IMG/VR virus record: IMGVR_UViG_3300045988_137699
Location: 1-43,980 of that record
Length of the DNA: 43,980 nucleotides
Strand: one strand, 5' to 3'
Origin: a virus
Positions within the stretch are counted from its first letter, which is position 1. Every line of letters begins with the position of its first letter. The translations under genes were made by a program, and so were the position numbers. The notes under the pieces are model-generated. The model searched no databases. It had not been told where the DNA came from and saw only the letters and a list, made by a program, of their open reading frames with translations. This document shows, one piece after another, positions 43,896 to 43,980 of the stretch.

Positions 43896-43980
43896 ATTAT
43901 ATCATAAGAAAGCATAATTTGTAAAGATACTATTTTCAGTATTTTCAAGAGTTTGTTGAACAGTTCAACTCTTTAAAATG
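43896..43980. repeat. 85-bp direct terminal repeat, right copy
   Basis: Identical to 1..85. Confidence 0.95.

Larger units (their letters stand above)
1..43980. mobile_element. Complete temperate contractile-tailed phage genome (PBSX-like tail module), unit length 43,895 bp plus 85-bp terminal overlap
   Basis: Full gene set is present: integrase, cI/Cro switch, replication, terminase, portal, capsid, sheath/tube, baseplate, fibre, holin and lysin. The ends are identical over 85 bp. No host genes are visible. Confidence 0.85.

Noticed and set aside
43824-43980. A tRNA or tmRNA fragment at the integrase-proximal end
   Set aside because: No cloverleaf-compatible segments or conserved T-loop (GTTCGAATC-like) sequence were seen. 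The GTTCAA hits belong to the palindrome and repeat family described above.

Overview
The window is one complete, AT-rich temperate phage genome. An identical 85-bp repeat at both ends (1..85 = 43896..43980) gives a unit length of 43,895 bp, which most likely reflects a circular or terminally redundant assembly. Almost every gene is on the minus strand. The order from high to low coordinates is: lysogeny switch and early genes (about 41.6 kb), replication/recombination module (39-31.8 kb), DNA-modification genes (31.6-30 kb), small unknown early genes, late regulator (25.4 kb), terminase/portal/MuF/scaffold/capsid (24.9-16.6 kb), PBSX-like contractile tail and baseplate (16.6-5.5 kb), tail fibre, then holin and endolysin. 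A cI-like repressor, a small ORF and a tyrosine integrase lie on the plus strand at 41.8-43.8 kb.

The main finding is a diversity-generating retroelement (DGR) at 2282..5491. It has a reverse transcriptase, a 116-bp template repeat, and a matching variable repeat covering the last 38 codons of the tail-fibre gene. The two repeats differ at 17 positions, and all 17 are template adenines. No Avd-like accessory ORF is visible.

Other non-coding structure stands out:
- An 18-bp palindrome (TGTATCTT-NN-AAGATACA) occurs four times: three copies in the immediate-early region and one just upstream of the major capsid gene.
- Two paralogous GGTTCAAGG-rich upstream modules of about 250-320 bp sit about 17 kb apart in opposite orientation. 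One precedes the late regulator and one precedes the orf-integrase pair. Their 27-28-bp core is flipped relative to its flanks.

Also present are a MuF-family head protein with an uncharacterised C-terminal extension, a self-promoted membrane moron, a programmed -1 frameshift in the tail chaperone, and a PP-loop ATPase paired with a C5-methyltransferase. No tRNA, rRNA, CRISPR array or host flank was seen. All functional calls rest on motif recognition by eye; no database search was possible.
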